This document shows, one piece after another, positions 26,451-38,772 of a stretch of DNA of 64,000 bases. Source of the DNA: Nageia nagi (Eukaryota > Plantae > Pinophyta). The notes under the pieces are model-generated. The model saw only the letters and a program-made list of their open reading frames with translations. It had not been told where the DNA came from and searched no databases. Position numbers and translations under genes: made by a program. Within the stretch, counting starts at the first letter, position 1; every line of letters begins with the position of its first letter. The stretch lies in NCBI GenBank assembly GCA_050084985.1, contig JBITNC010000001.1, positions 148,862,001 to 148,926,000 on the forward strand. Direction: 5' to 3'.

Positions 26451-26620
26451 TTTTGTTTTCTTACATAATATTTTGTTTATTATTTGCTTGGTAATATTCT
26501 TCCCTCCTAGTTGTTTCACCTTGGTCTAACAATTATAATGAAATTTTTTTCAATATGTTTGTGTTTATTTACATTTAGACATGGTTCCAGGTTATGATTC
26601 GTTTAATCATTTGTGCCAGT

Positions 26621-26906
26621 CATATATATCAAAGTCCCGATTAATCCCAAATCGGATTGCTGATATGAGCTAACGATGAATCCCTGACCAATTTTGCCAT
26701 TTTTTTATTTTTCTGATTTTTGCTGATTAATCCCCATTTTTTATTCTTTAATTCTGAGTTTTGAAAAAATCGGATGAATCAGGAAAAAGCACTTTTGAGG
26801 TTAAAAAAACCAATTATATATATTATGGATTTTTCTTACTGATTCCCTGTTAATCCCGATTCTGCGGCCAATTGATTTTTTGCAGATTCTGATTCTGATA
26901 ACTATG
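26621..26906. mobile_element. hAT-type MITE (286 bp)
   Basis: TIRs CATATATATCA and TGATAACTATG (9/11). 8-bp TSD GTGCCAGT / GTGCCTGT. Internal TAATCCC repeats. Confidence 0.8.
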
Positions 26907-27054
26907 GTGCCTGTTCAGATGTAATATTCTTTGTTTTGGTCATATTTGTCATTCTCATGCAAGGAGTATGATATATATGAATGTGAAACAGGATCGTTGG
27001 TGATTGATAAAGAAAAATTCAATTGTCTTGACCTTTATTTGTTATTGGTGGCAG

Positions 27055-27247
27055 TGACATTACTAACCTGTTCTTGAAATGGGTTTATCCTTTTGGACGG
27101 TTTCTAGTTGAGCTTTCAAGTCAATATCCTCTTATTAGTGGCTTTTATAAACTTCTTGCCATATCTATACGGAAAGCTGAAGAGAGAGGTTATTTTGGAA
27201 AACTGGATTCATCTTCAGTCATAGAAGTTATGGACAATGTAAAGGAG
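27055..27247 (+). CDS. PRKDC: DNA-PKcs exon C
   Basis: gcAG|T GAC ATT... encodes DITNLFLKWVYPFGRFLVELSSQYPLISGFYKLLAISIRKAEERGYFGK...VKE, then GTATGG. Contains the DNA-PKcs motif W(V)Y.F......S..PLISGFYKLL. Confidence 0.95.
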
Positions 27248-27452
27248 GTATGGTTGGTCAGCAAGTGGAAGGCTTATGTTATGACTCATAATATAGAAGG
27301 ATTTCTTGATTTTTTTAGTATATTTTTGTTAGCAGATTGATGCCTTACATTCTCATTTCTTGTGCCTCTGTTATAGTTTTATCTTCACTCTATCTTGTAT
27401 ATGTACTACTTTAATTGGAGCATATGCTTACTGAAGGTCTTTCATGTTACAG

Positions 27453-27688
27453 ACTGGAAATTCATTAGCAGTAGATTCTACAATTGGTTCTGTGGTGTCG
27501 CAACAAGATCGAATCCTGTGCAAAAATTTGCTTCGTAAATATTTACAGGAGGTTCTTGTGGCTAGCAGGCGTTATAAACTTGAACTGTTTGCTTCATGCT
27601 TACGCCTTTGCTTGTCTGCTCCTCCTCCTGTTATAGGCATTGAATCTTTGGTGGGACCAACAATCAGTGCTCTGAGACTTGGATTAAG
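27453..27688 (+). CDS. PRKDC: DNA-PKcs exon D (ends at a U12 AT donor)
   Basis: tacAG|ACT GGA... encodes LCKNLLRKYLQEVLVASRRYKLELFASCLRLCLSAP...ISALRLGL, cf. vertebrate KEV..[21 protein letters not shown]...AFKLGL. Ends AG|ATATCCTC. Confidence 0.93.
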
Positions 27689-29475
27689 ATATCCTCACAA
27701 GTTGTTTTTGTTTTTGCAATAACTTATTCTTTGTCGTTCTAAAGAAATGTGTATTTGATTATCATTTTATCTCTTATACTTTGAGATGGATAAACTATGC
27801 TCAACTTAAGAAGCTTTCATCTGTTTACAGGCTGCATAACAAAATTAGATTAAGTTAGGTGGTTATATGGAATCACAAATAATTTTCAAGGACGTGATGC
27901 AGGGTTATAAGTTTTTTCTAAACACCTATTTGTATTATAGTTTCAACTGTTAAACTTCACCATTGAATTCGGAATTTGAAATATATATTTCCTCCATCCT
28001 TTTCATGGTAATATGAATATATTTTTATATAATCTAAATTTACATCAGTTTAACCCTAAGAAGATTATGCAAGCATATGCAAAAATATGGAAGATGAATA
28101 TTGCCTTTTGAAGAGAGAAACGCAGGAAAACTTTTGTGATTTTAAATGGAGAAGCCAAACTGTTATTCCTGTGCTGATGCTATGTCTCTGGCTTTCTTAT
28201 TTGGTTTTACTTGTGAGCAAAAGGCATATCTTTCCTATTCCAACTCATGACTTAATTCAAGTGTTTTTAGACTTTTTAAGTTCAGATTTTTTGTATATCC
28301 TCCATTGACTTTTAGCATTTGATTTTTGTCTTGTCACTGGCATGAAATCTGTTTAAGTATCCATAGAAGGTATGCATGTTTGAGGACAAATGATATTGTA
28401 ATGAATAAGAGTAATTGACAAGAATAAATATAGGATTTTTGTGAAGAGCTCTTGATTGTTAGTATATCTAGTTATGTTTGTTCTTGAAAAGATTTGAGGA
28501 TGGCAAATGATTGTTTGGGACTTGTGGAGAAGGCAATGCTTTCAAAGATTTTGTTTTCTTTATAAATGTGTATTGGTTCATCTGTACTGGTTTCCAAATT
28601 TTAGCATAGGAAGAGTTTGAGTTTTTTGGGCTCTTCTCATTTTTTCACAAATTGAGAAGAATGTCTCAGGTGCTATTTTGTTCATAGGCAAGGTACTCTG
28701 CATCATGCTGTTGTTGGATGTTGAGTGTTTCTTGCATTACCTTCTTGCACTTGCTTGGGTGGCCTTTTCGGGCCATTTCTTTTATAGAATAATGCTTAAC
28801 CTGGTTCATATCATTCTTCTATTAAGATCTTGTCTTTTTGATGGACATTGTAGACATGAAAGTACACATTGACAATTGTTTCTCTTTTTGAAATAGTTTC
28901 TGAATTTTTTAAATTCTTATATTGGGATTTTTTCTAGACAATACATGGGTTACTACTTAGATGATGGCACTTAACTACCCAGGCACTACCCACAAGGTTT
29001 GTACGTGGATATGACCATTTTAAGCATCCTGACAACCACTCTGCCCAGCCCTGATTGTTCATTTCCTTCTGAATTTTGGCATGCATTCCATCAAACAAAT
29101 TGTGGGCGGTCAAATTTTGTGATATTAAATTATTAATACAATCTTCTTGTCAATATTTGCAGGCATACAATTTCTACACATTTACTAATATATAATTTGC
29201 ATTTATTGCAGTTCTGATAGTAGATGCCTTTTGTTCCTTGACATGGAAAGTCCCTATTAATATTTTTTTTTGACTTGTTTATCTTGGGCTTTGACGTGTT
29301 ATGCCTTTCATTGGGCCTTGCATACGCAGTTAGCATTATTGCATTCATGGTTTATGCACAAGTTTTTAATTGACATCATTTAGTTGATTCTATATGATGC
29401 TTTATCAGGAGTTGGAATTGAGGGTTATTCATTACTAATGACCTACACATCTTGATATTTCCTTGACTATGTCAC
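27689..29475 (+). other. U12-type (minor spliceosome) AT-AC intron, 1,787 bp
   Basis: 5' end ATATCCTC (U12 consensus RTATCCTT). Branch site TTTCCTTGAC at 29458-29467. 3' end TGTCAC at 29470-29475, with no polypyrimidine tract between branch site and acceptor. Splicing restores LGL-R-HFSLAMVAMDSLETW, collinear with vertebrate LGLSYTPLAEVGLNALEEW. Confidence 0.92.
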
Positions 29476-29686
29476 GCATTTTTCTTTGGCAATGGTTGCA
29501 ATGGATTCTCTCGAGACTTGGAAGCAACTTCATCCTAAAAGGCTTGAACCACTGCTCTCAGATATTGTTCCCTACTTCAACCCATATTTGACTCAGTCTG
29601 ATTCAAGAGACGCGGTTCCATCCATTTCTCCTGGCAGTATTTATGGTGGAAATCGAGCCAAACAAACACATGCAAGCAAAATTCAG
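29476..29686 (+). CDS. PRKDC: DNA-PKcs exon E (starts after the U12 AC acceptor)
   Basis: AC|G CAT TTT TCT TTG GCA ATG... encodes HFSLAMVAMDSLETWKQLHPKRLEPLLSDIVPYFNPYLTQS...KIQ, then GTTCGC. Cf. vertebrate ALEEW...MQPYYKDILPCLDGYL. Confidence 0.92.
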
Positions 29687-32600
29687 GTTCGCATATTTAT
29701 ATTATATATACAAACTTTTTGTAGATCTCACATTTATTATAGGATCTTTTGACAGCTTGTACATTATGAATTTACCAAGTTGTGCTTCAACATATATTTT
29801 TATCTTCTGGAATTTTGATTTATAGTTCAATTTGGTCTCATTATTTAGAGTATTTGCAGAAGGGCAAGGCTTCCTGAAATTTATTCTCCTGCTCTTAATG
29901 GCTCTGGGATCCTCTTTCAGGAAACAAGGGGATATAGTTAAATTCATATAACAAGCCTTGCAATAGAAGTTGTCTTGAATGCTGTTAACAACTGTTTGAA
30001 TCATTTTAGGTTGAATAAGTAATGGTCTGTACATGTGGCTTCTTTCTTCCCTTAGTAGCAATGTATTCCAGTCATTCAATTCATCATGCTTCCTATTTCT
30101 TTGCTCTCTCCAATCTGTGATTGTGTGATGTCTATGAAAACCAAGATATTTTGTTGCAACTTTGAATGTTTAGAATCTGGATATGTTTGATTGTTGCATT
30201 TTTTGGTGTTTTAAGCATTGTAGCTATTCTGAGTATTATAGGTCCTAATACATTATTTATAATGATGAAGTGCTTCCTTTGTATTTAGATTGTGATTCAG
30301 CTGTACTTGTTAATATCTGTACTTGCATTCAAATTTAATGAATGTTTGGGTATCATCATTGATTGGATGGCAAGTGAGTAGAATATTCAAAGCAAAGAGA
30401 ATAATGTTTTTGCATCTCTTAAAGAAGTGAAAAACAACACTGAAGAATTCAATGGCTTTATAGGAGTTAAAAGACTCCACAAATATTAAACTTGTATTTG
30501 TTTATGCTTTTTCTCCTTTTCATTTGAAATTACCCCCACCACCACGACCACCATCATCATCATAAATATTTATCTTACAACAATAACATAAAGATGGTTT
30601 CTAACTTTAAGCTTGTGAAGAGATCAATGCATGATAAAAATGCAATTCATTACAGTAAGTTGGATTTCACTTTTTATTTCTTTCTAGTATGCGGTGTTTC
30701 TGGTTAGTTTTTTTTCTGATAAAAACTGTAAATTCTATTATAAAAAAAGCACGGGTTTTAAAAGGATCCCAAAAAACTACCTAGCCATTGCATGTATGTA
30801 GCACAAATGTAGTCATTTTACTTCTCTCATACAACTCTCTTTCAAGGTCTTTTACTGTCATCTTTGTTGCTATAGTTGCTACCCAGCCATAGCTTGAAAA
30901 TAGCAAAACTGTAGCTCTAAAATAAATTTGTTACATCCTTATCACAACTCAATTTCAAAAAAATAGTTATCAATCTATATCATCCTTATCAGGGCATATG
31001 TAGTACTTGATTTAGGGCACAAAATGTTGTTACTGAAGAGACTCTTCTCACCAAACTGGACGTGCGGAGAAGGCCCTCTGGACCTGGGAATGAAGAATCT
31101 ACCTGAGCAGTTGAACCCTCAACTCTTAGGAGGTCGGTCTCTCCTGATGCATTCGGATTCAGAATTGAAGAACTTGCCAACCACACTAGGCTGCACCGAA
31201 AATCTGTTCCTGTAACGCCATAGAATTTTCCTATCTCTCCCGAATTCAAATGTTATCATTTTTTCAGGCATTTCTCAGTTCAAGTTAGGGCACGAACAAG
31301 AAATCACACAGACAACATTTGCAGGCTTCTATCTTTCACACAAACAAGGGTTTCAGAAATGCAAAGCAATGCCTCAAAACAATCCTCAAGTTGCACAACT
31401 CCAGGGATTCCTGTTCCCGCATGTTTGAATCGGCGACACCCCTGATATCTAACTCCACTGCCTGTAACCATTGTGTTGCCTCCATCCTTTGCACTAATTC
31501 ACTCCGATTATAGGGGTACCTGTGCATGCGCTCGCGCAGGTGCCCCCCATGTAACAAGTTAATTGATTTATTACAATGTTGTTTCAGGATTGGTTTAACT
31601 TTAGACTTTTGAATGATTCAGGAACAAATGAGAGGTTTTTTTTTTTTGTATAGTTCCCATTTATATCGTCCAACATGTATGCAAAGTATTTTTTGTAGTA
31701 TTTAGATCTTACTCTAATTATTATATAGAGCAATCATATTAATCTTGAATTGTACATTCTCGTTGGATCCATTTGCCCTATTTTGAGATACTGCTTGTAT
31801 GTTTATAGTTCAATTAGTTTAGGCCATAGTTGTCAAACTTGGACTCGGGAGTTAATCGACCATGAAAATTTTGGAGAGTACTCCATAAAAGCTCAGCATA
31901 AAAACTCAACAAATAAAAAACACAAACATTTCATCAAAAAAGCATACAAAAACATATTTAAATATGTAATTAGATTGCTGCAAAGATCATTGATTTTTTG
32001 TGATCATTAATAATCATCAAAAATAATAAATACAACAATGTATATAGGCATGAATCATGGTTCATAAGTAAAGTAGTTATAAACTTCTAAATTCTAAACT
32101 ACTAGTGCTTGAATAAAAAATGAGTCTAAACTCTAAGAGTCTAAGACTTTCAACTACTAGTGTTGTGATGGCTTCTTTCTCATTGCCCTCTTATATGTCC
32201 TTGACTCACTCTTTACAACACGTGGTGGCGAAGGAAGTGGCACATCCTCTATGATAAACCATTCTAGGGCTCACTCCTCAAACGTGTCCTAGGAGTGGGA
32301 TGTTTGGCTTCTAGCTTCGAAACTATCCAAAAAAGCTCAAAAATGCACAATATATCCAATGACTTGCTAGGAATGACAAATATGAAATCGAACTTGCAGA
32401 AAATGCCTTCAAACCCAACGTCTAGCTATGATGAGCAATTACGAAATTAACACAAGCAAATGTCTCCAATATTCCAACAATCTGATTAGGGAGTAGCAAA
32501 ACAGGAAGTAAACAATGCAAAGTACCACTCCAGATCCAACGTCCAAGCACAGGAAGACAAATACAAGATACGGATAGCAAGATGTAATTGTATTGATTAA

Positions 32601-34829
32601 ACAATGGCGTGAGCGCAATTACAATATTTTTATCCACCTAAGGAGCTTGTACCTTGACTACCTCCAATAGGGTTACGTTGGATGGCTTCAAAGCCTCACC
32701 AATCCTAGAAGCAATGAAGCACAAACCAGGCCTCCTCTGTAGCCACTGTGATAGAACTTGCAACGCTCAAGATGACTTGAATAAGTTGAGGTTAGCCTTC
32801 TCTCACCTTAATACTTGAAATGCAGGTTGCCCTACAAGTGGCAAAGATAGAGCTTCCACTTAATCTGAAAAAGGGGTTTAATAATCATAATCTAAATCAA
32901 CATATCTCATAATGACTGTGGGTCCTTTTATAGGCATGGTTGATCATCTTCTAATCTTGCATTGAAATGATCCAATGATGGAGGGATGTGATCCGTGTGG
33001 TCATGTATGCAACATCAACTAGAAGAAGAAGCTCTTCCCCGACCAGAGAGTCTACGCCAGAGAGGAAGTTCAATGAGCTCATTTCGGCCATTCATAATAT
33101 GACGGGTGTGACGACCACCATAGAGAAGCAAATGATTGCCATCAATAAGTTCGTCGGAGGTCAAGAAGTTCTAGAAAGGCATATGAGCCCCCTACGTCCT
33201 ACTTCAGATGAAGAAGAAGAGCCAAGGAAGGAGGTAAGGATGGAGGAGGAGTCGAGTTTGAGGAGATCGCAAAGCCTGAGAGATAGAGGGTCCACACATC
33301 ACGGATCCATGGGTTGCCAAGAGCATGCGTTTTTGAGGTCCCATTCTCACAGATGAGGTCAATCGGATCCCCAATCCTCTTGAGTTGAACAGATCTTTAG
33401 GGAGTACTTCATTTTAGATCCAGGATTGAGGAGGGACATGAATTTCAATAGCTACCTAGAGATTTTGGGGTTAAAGGGAGGTAGCTCTCATGGCACACAC
33501 TCCCAAAGCAACTTGGGTGATAAGAAGGATTTGCAGCAAAAGATCAATAAAATGCAGGTGCTTATGTATGATGGCAAGAAGATGACAGCTAGAGCTTGGT
33601 TCCATCAGTTGCAGGCCTACTTCACCCTTAGTCCAAACATGCTGGAGGAGGATGCAATTCATTTTGCATCATTACATTTTGAAGGTGATGCCCTTGAATG
33701 GTGGCAGCATGGAGTGATCAATTAGGATTACTCTCACAATTCCTCTTTCGATGAGTTCGCTCGAAGATTGGTAAAGAGGTTTGATAGGAAAAGAGAGAAT
33801 GACTATTTCATAGAGTTGACATCTCTAAAGTACGAAGGTGTAGTGGATGAGTGTGTGTCAGAATTCTAGAAAATTGTAGTCATGATCCACAACATTCTCA
33901 AGGAAAGATTGACCTTCCTCTTTATAGAAGAGTTGATGGAACCTTTGCAGGGAATGGTTAAGGTATCAACACCACGAAACATTGATGATGCAATTAGGGT
34001 TGCTTCTGTCTTGGAGCCCACTATGATGTCTCTCAAAGGAGGGCAGACGCACAAAGGGAGGCCACTTGAAGGACATTTGCAGAGAAAGATGGGCCTAAAA
34101 GATTCAAACCCTTTCCTCCCCCTTGAAGAGGCCAACTGGACGTAGCTATCGGGAGGATATTGAGAGAAGAGGGAAAGTGCTTCTATTGCAAGAAGACATG
34201 GGAGCTACGACACCGTTGCCAAGGCAAAGGGCAGGTGCACTACATTGAGGTATTTTCGGATGAAGAGCAGGACGATTCAGATCTGGATCTTGGTATATAC
34301 ATGTTTGACCAAGAGGCACCCAAGGTAGAACCTTCACTGAGGAGCATGATTGCTTCACTCCATGGAGTGAAAAAGTACCTCATGTTGAAGGTAGTGGGGC
34401 AAGTAGGTGACCAAGGTGTGATAGTATTAATTAACCCTGGAGCATCTCACAATTTTATTGATGAGGGTTTGGTAGAGAAGAAGGGCCTCAAGACCAAGGG
34501 GTTCAAAGGTTTCAAAGTTTTCAATACTAATGGGAAACTCACTTTGGTAGACCAAATTGTGGAGAGATTTGGGGTGAGATTGCAAAGCTACACGGTAAGA
34601 GAAGATTTTTATTTATATTCTTTGAAGGGACATCCTCACATGATCATTGGGCGTGTAATGGCTGTTTGAGTTGGGTGACATTCACACCAACTACGAGAAT
34701 CTCACCATGAGTTTCAAAATTGATGGGAAGACCCACATCTTGGAGGGAATTCGGGATGATTACCCACAAGTCACCAACAAGAGATTGGAGGTGATTGAGC
34801 AACATCAACAAGGGAAGAAGGAAGAGGAT

Positions 34830-35330
34830 GAGCCCACTTTGGACATGGAGGGGATTTGGCACTAGACGATGGATAGACATGAGCTCCTACACCCCACATT
34901 GGACATGGAGGGGCTTTTACACCTCACATTGGACATGGAGGAGCCTTGGTACCTGACATTGAGCATGGAGGGGCTCTTACACCCCACGTTGGGCTTGGAG
35001 AGGCTTAGGCATCCAACGTCAAGCATGGAGGAGATTTTGCACCCCATGCTGGGCTTGAAGAGGCTTAGGCATCCAACATTAGGCATGGCGAGTTCTTGCA
35101 CCCCACGTTGGGCTTAGAGAGGCTTAGGCACCCAACATGAGGCATGGAGTCCTTCCACACCATGTTGGGCCTAGAGAGGCTTAGGTACCCAACGTTAGGC
35201 ATGGAGTCTTGGCTTCCCATGTTGGACTTGGAGAGACTTGGGTACCTGACGTTGGACATGAGGGAGTCCTGGTATCCCACATGAAGCATAGAGGGGCCAT
35301 AACAGCTCATGTTGGGCATGAAGGAGGTCT
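34830..35330 (+). repeat. Degenerate 30-bp tandem array (~15 units)
   Basis: Unit approximately CACCCCACRTTGGRCWTGGAGRGGCTT.... It translates as repeated (L/R)HPTL(D/G)(M/L)E(G/R)L. Confidence 0.88.
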
Positions 35331-35360
35331 GGCACTGCACTTTGGGAAAAGGAACAAATT

Positions 35361-36508
35361 TGTAAAATCGCAAATACAATTTCATATGCAATTAAGCAAA
35401 TTCACTTAAACAAGCACCCATGTTTGGCCTAGAAGGGCAATTACAAGCATTCAACACCTCAATATGCCAACGTTAGGGTTAGGGTATCCAATACAAGTCT
35501 ACAAAACACAATAATGTCAACATCTGGTTCCAACATGCATGAATGATCAAATACACCACAATGTTGCAAATATAGACAAGTGCACAACAAAATATGAGAT
35601 CCAATAGCCCACGACTTGTATTAAAGATGTATGATGAACAAAGATACAATAATAGACCCATAGGGCTCAACATTGGCCTCCAAGGAGCCATATGATCAAT
35701 GTTGGACGGACGGAATACTGAATGGGATAGCCTCACTCCCTCAGAATCTGAATCCTCTCCATTGAAGGAGCTCTCTCCTAACCTTGGCGGCCAACTGGGT
35801 GGTAGAAGTATGATGTTGGAATGCCATCAGATGGACTAGGGTGTTACACCTCAACCACAGATCAACAGGATCCCTCATTCTGTTAACACTCCTAGATGTT
35901 GCACTTAGAGATGTTGCTTGACGCATCGCCAAGACTTCTGTCCTTCGGATGGTGTGAGCAATAATCAATAGAACAATGAGGCTCCAAGGACTAATATAGC
36001 TCTCATTGGGTCTGGATCTCACCTCAAAGTCATCACCCACCCCCTCAAACCCCAACGATGGCACCTCGGAGTCATTCAGGCCCAACTTGGGTATCTGGGC
36101 CTCCCTCATGCTCCATGTGGGGTTCTGAAGCTCAACATGGGCCTAAGGATGCATGCGTGGGTGTCATGGGCCAATGTGGGGGTCTAAGAGTCTCCCTAAG
36201 GTTGGCACATGTGTACAAGTGCTCCTAATCTCAACGTTGGGGCCAATAAGTGATTATCCATGCTCTAAGTGCTAAATAGACCTTGGGATTGCTACAATCA
36301 TGTTTCGGGATCTCCAAGTACATTAAATCTCACTAAATTATGCTTGGGAGAGAGATGTCCCACTTGAGGCTCGTAGTGGGGTCCAACGGCCCATTATGCC
36401 TTCTATCCCAAGTACTAATTAATAAAGCACAATTAAATAATTAATTATACAAAAGGGGTAATCCTTTGGATTCTAGAATTAATTACAATTATACAAGGGG
36501 ATGTCACA
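35361..36508 (-). mobile_element. Solo LTR, family A
   Basis: TGTAAA...GTCACA termini, TSD AAATT / AGATT (4/5). Homologous to 5055-6216. Confidence 0.85.
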
Positions 36509-38772
36509 AGATTGGCATCCAACGTTGAGCTTGGGAAGTATTGGAAACAACTATGTAGCAAAGGCTCCACCTTTTTCTACTCATGCTTGATCTTCTTTAT
36601 GTTTTTGCAGGTACATCTTTTAGGAGTCCTCCACATGATCACTACCACAACTAGAAGCCTAGTATGGATGAATGCATCAACATTTATGCATACACTCTTT
36701 TGTCCTCTGAGCATTGTTGCACCATAATGTTTGCAGACATTTTGTACTTAGTGTGGATTGCTAGCAATAGATTTAACCTCAACAACATATCAAAGTTTTT
36801 GCATTCAACAATGATACATGAGAAGATATCTTCGACGTTTCATACAGGGTTGTCATTATGGAGGAGATTTATTAAAATTGCATTCCACTTTAGAAGGTTG
36901 TAGTTGACATAGCCCACGGATTCTTGGAAGACAATATGTTGTAGCATTCTACAATTGCTAGAAGGCAACCAATTCTATAGGGGAGGCTTTGTGACGTACT
37001 CCTTTGTAAATTACAATTTATTATTGAATTCCACGGATTCTCCTTTGTAAATATTTATTTATTTAATTGTGCTTTAGGTGTTAGTACTTGGGATAGAAAA
37101 TATAAAGGCCTGTTGAACCCCACTGTGAGCCCCATGTGGGACCTCTTTCTCCAAAGCGTAGGCTAGCTTGATTTAATGTCATTTTATAATACTTGGAGAT
37201 TTCGAGAATTGATTGTGGGAATCCCAAGGCTAGTTTAGCACCTAGATCACGCTTTAGCATGGATAAACACTTGCTTGCCCCAATGTTGGATTTGGGAGCA
37301 CTTGTACATATGCGCTATCCTTGGGGAGACTCCTAGACCCCCATGTTGGCTCGGGATGATTCTTATACACCCATGTATGCCCTCTAGATCCACATTGAGC
37401 ATGAGGATCCTTGTTGAGCATGTGAATGGCCCAATTACCCATGTTGGGCTTGGAATGACCCCTAGGCATCTTCGTTGGGCTTTGTGAGGCTTCTAGGAAG
37501 CCAATGTCGGAATAGGAAGGTTGGGTGATGACTTTGAGGTGAGGTTCAGATTCAGTGTCAGCTATATTAGGCCTTGGAGCCTCATTATTGGATATATCTA
37601 ATTATTATTATTTCTCATATTGTCCAGTGGACACAAGTCTTGGCGTAGCGTCAAGCAATATCTCTAGGTGCAGCATCTAGAAGGGTTAGGTGGTTGAGGG
37701 ATCCTGTTAATCTATGAAAGGTGTAGCATCTTAGTCCATCTAGTGGTATTCCTAGGTCACATTTCTACCTTCAGTGGTTTCGAGGCATGGTAGTTCTGTA
37801 GTAGAGCATCCACACGTGAGGGAGTGAGGTTGCCCCATCCATTGTTCTGTGGTACCGACATTGATCACATTTGTATGTTCATTGTGGCCTAGTTGGCTCC
37901 TGGGAGGCCAACGTTGAGCCCTGTGGGCTTGGTATTGTATCATTTATCATTCTATATCATTAATATAGCCGTGGGCATTTGGATCTCAATATTGTCTTGT
38001 GTATACTTCCATTATTGCAATGTTGGGGTGTGATTGTTCATTTGTGCTTGTATGAGCTATTTGTTGGCATTATTGCATTGTTTATGCTTGGAATTGAGGC
38101 TCTAGGCAAGACATGGATGTTTACTTGTCTATTTTTTGCTTATTTGCACTTGGGATTGTGTTTGGGGATCTTACAAAGGGCAAGATGTTAGCTCTTCAAC
38201 TCCAACTCGAAACCCTGTGTGAATGATGCCCTTGATTCCAATAGGATGGCAAAATCAAGGCTCATATAGCATTGTGATGTGCCATTCTAGGGCTCACTCC
38301 TCAAACGTGTGCTAGGGGAGGGACGTTTGGCTTCTAGCTCCGAAATTTTCCAAAATAGATCAAAATTGCACAAGATATCCAACGACTTGCTAGGAATGAT
38401 AAATATGAAATCTAAATTGCAGAAAATACCTTTAAACCTAACATCTAGCTATGATGAGCAATTATGAAATTAACACAAGCAAATGCCTCCACTATTCCAA
38501 CTTGATCAATGAGCAAAACATGAACTAAACAATGCAAACTAGCTCTCCAGATCCAATGTCCAAGCACAGGAAGACAAATAGCAAGATACAGATAGCAAGA
38601 TGTAATTGTATTGATTAAACAATGGCGTAAGTGCAATTACAATATTTTTATCTACCTAAGGAGCTTGTATTAAGACTACCTCCAACAGGTTATGTTGGAT
38701 GGCTCCAGGGTCTCACCAATTTTAAAAGCAGTGAGGTGCAGGCCAGGTCTCCTCTGCAGCAATTGTGATGGA

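Larger units (their letters stand above)
33018..38175 (+). mobile_element. 5'-truncated non-autonomous Gypsy family A: gag, protease, tandem repeat, PPT and 3' LTR
   Basis: Gag YDGKKMTARAWFHQLQAYF...ASLHFEGDALEWW, knuckle CFYCKKTWELRHRC and protease VLINPGASHNFID. No RT seen. PPT-like ataggggaggct at 36977-36988, then LTR TGTGAC...TTACA at 36990-38175, which has no TSD, as expected for a 3' LTR. Confidence 0.8.

Noticed and set aside
27689-27722. ORF tail YPHKLFLFLQ* suggesting a truncated DNA-PKcs pseudogene
   Set aside because: It is read-through into the AT-AC intron; the spliced frame is open.
34830-35330. 30-bp periodic array resembling a CRISPR
   Set aside because: Units are contiguous and degenerate with no unique spacers, there are no cas genes, and the context is a eukaryotic retrotransposon.
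36990-38175. Calling this a solo LTR
   Set aside because: The flanks differ (GGCTT vs AAGGG) and a PPT-like tract precedes it, so it fits better as the 3' LTR of the upstream gag-pro element.
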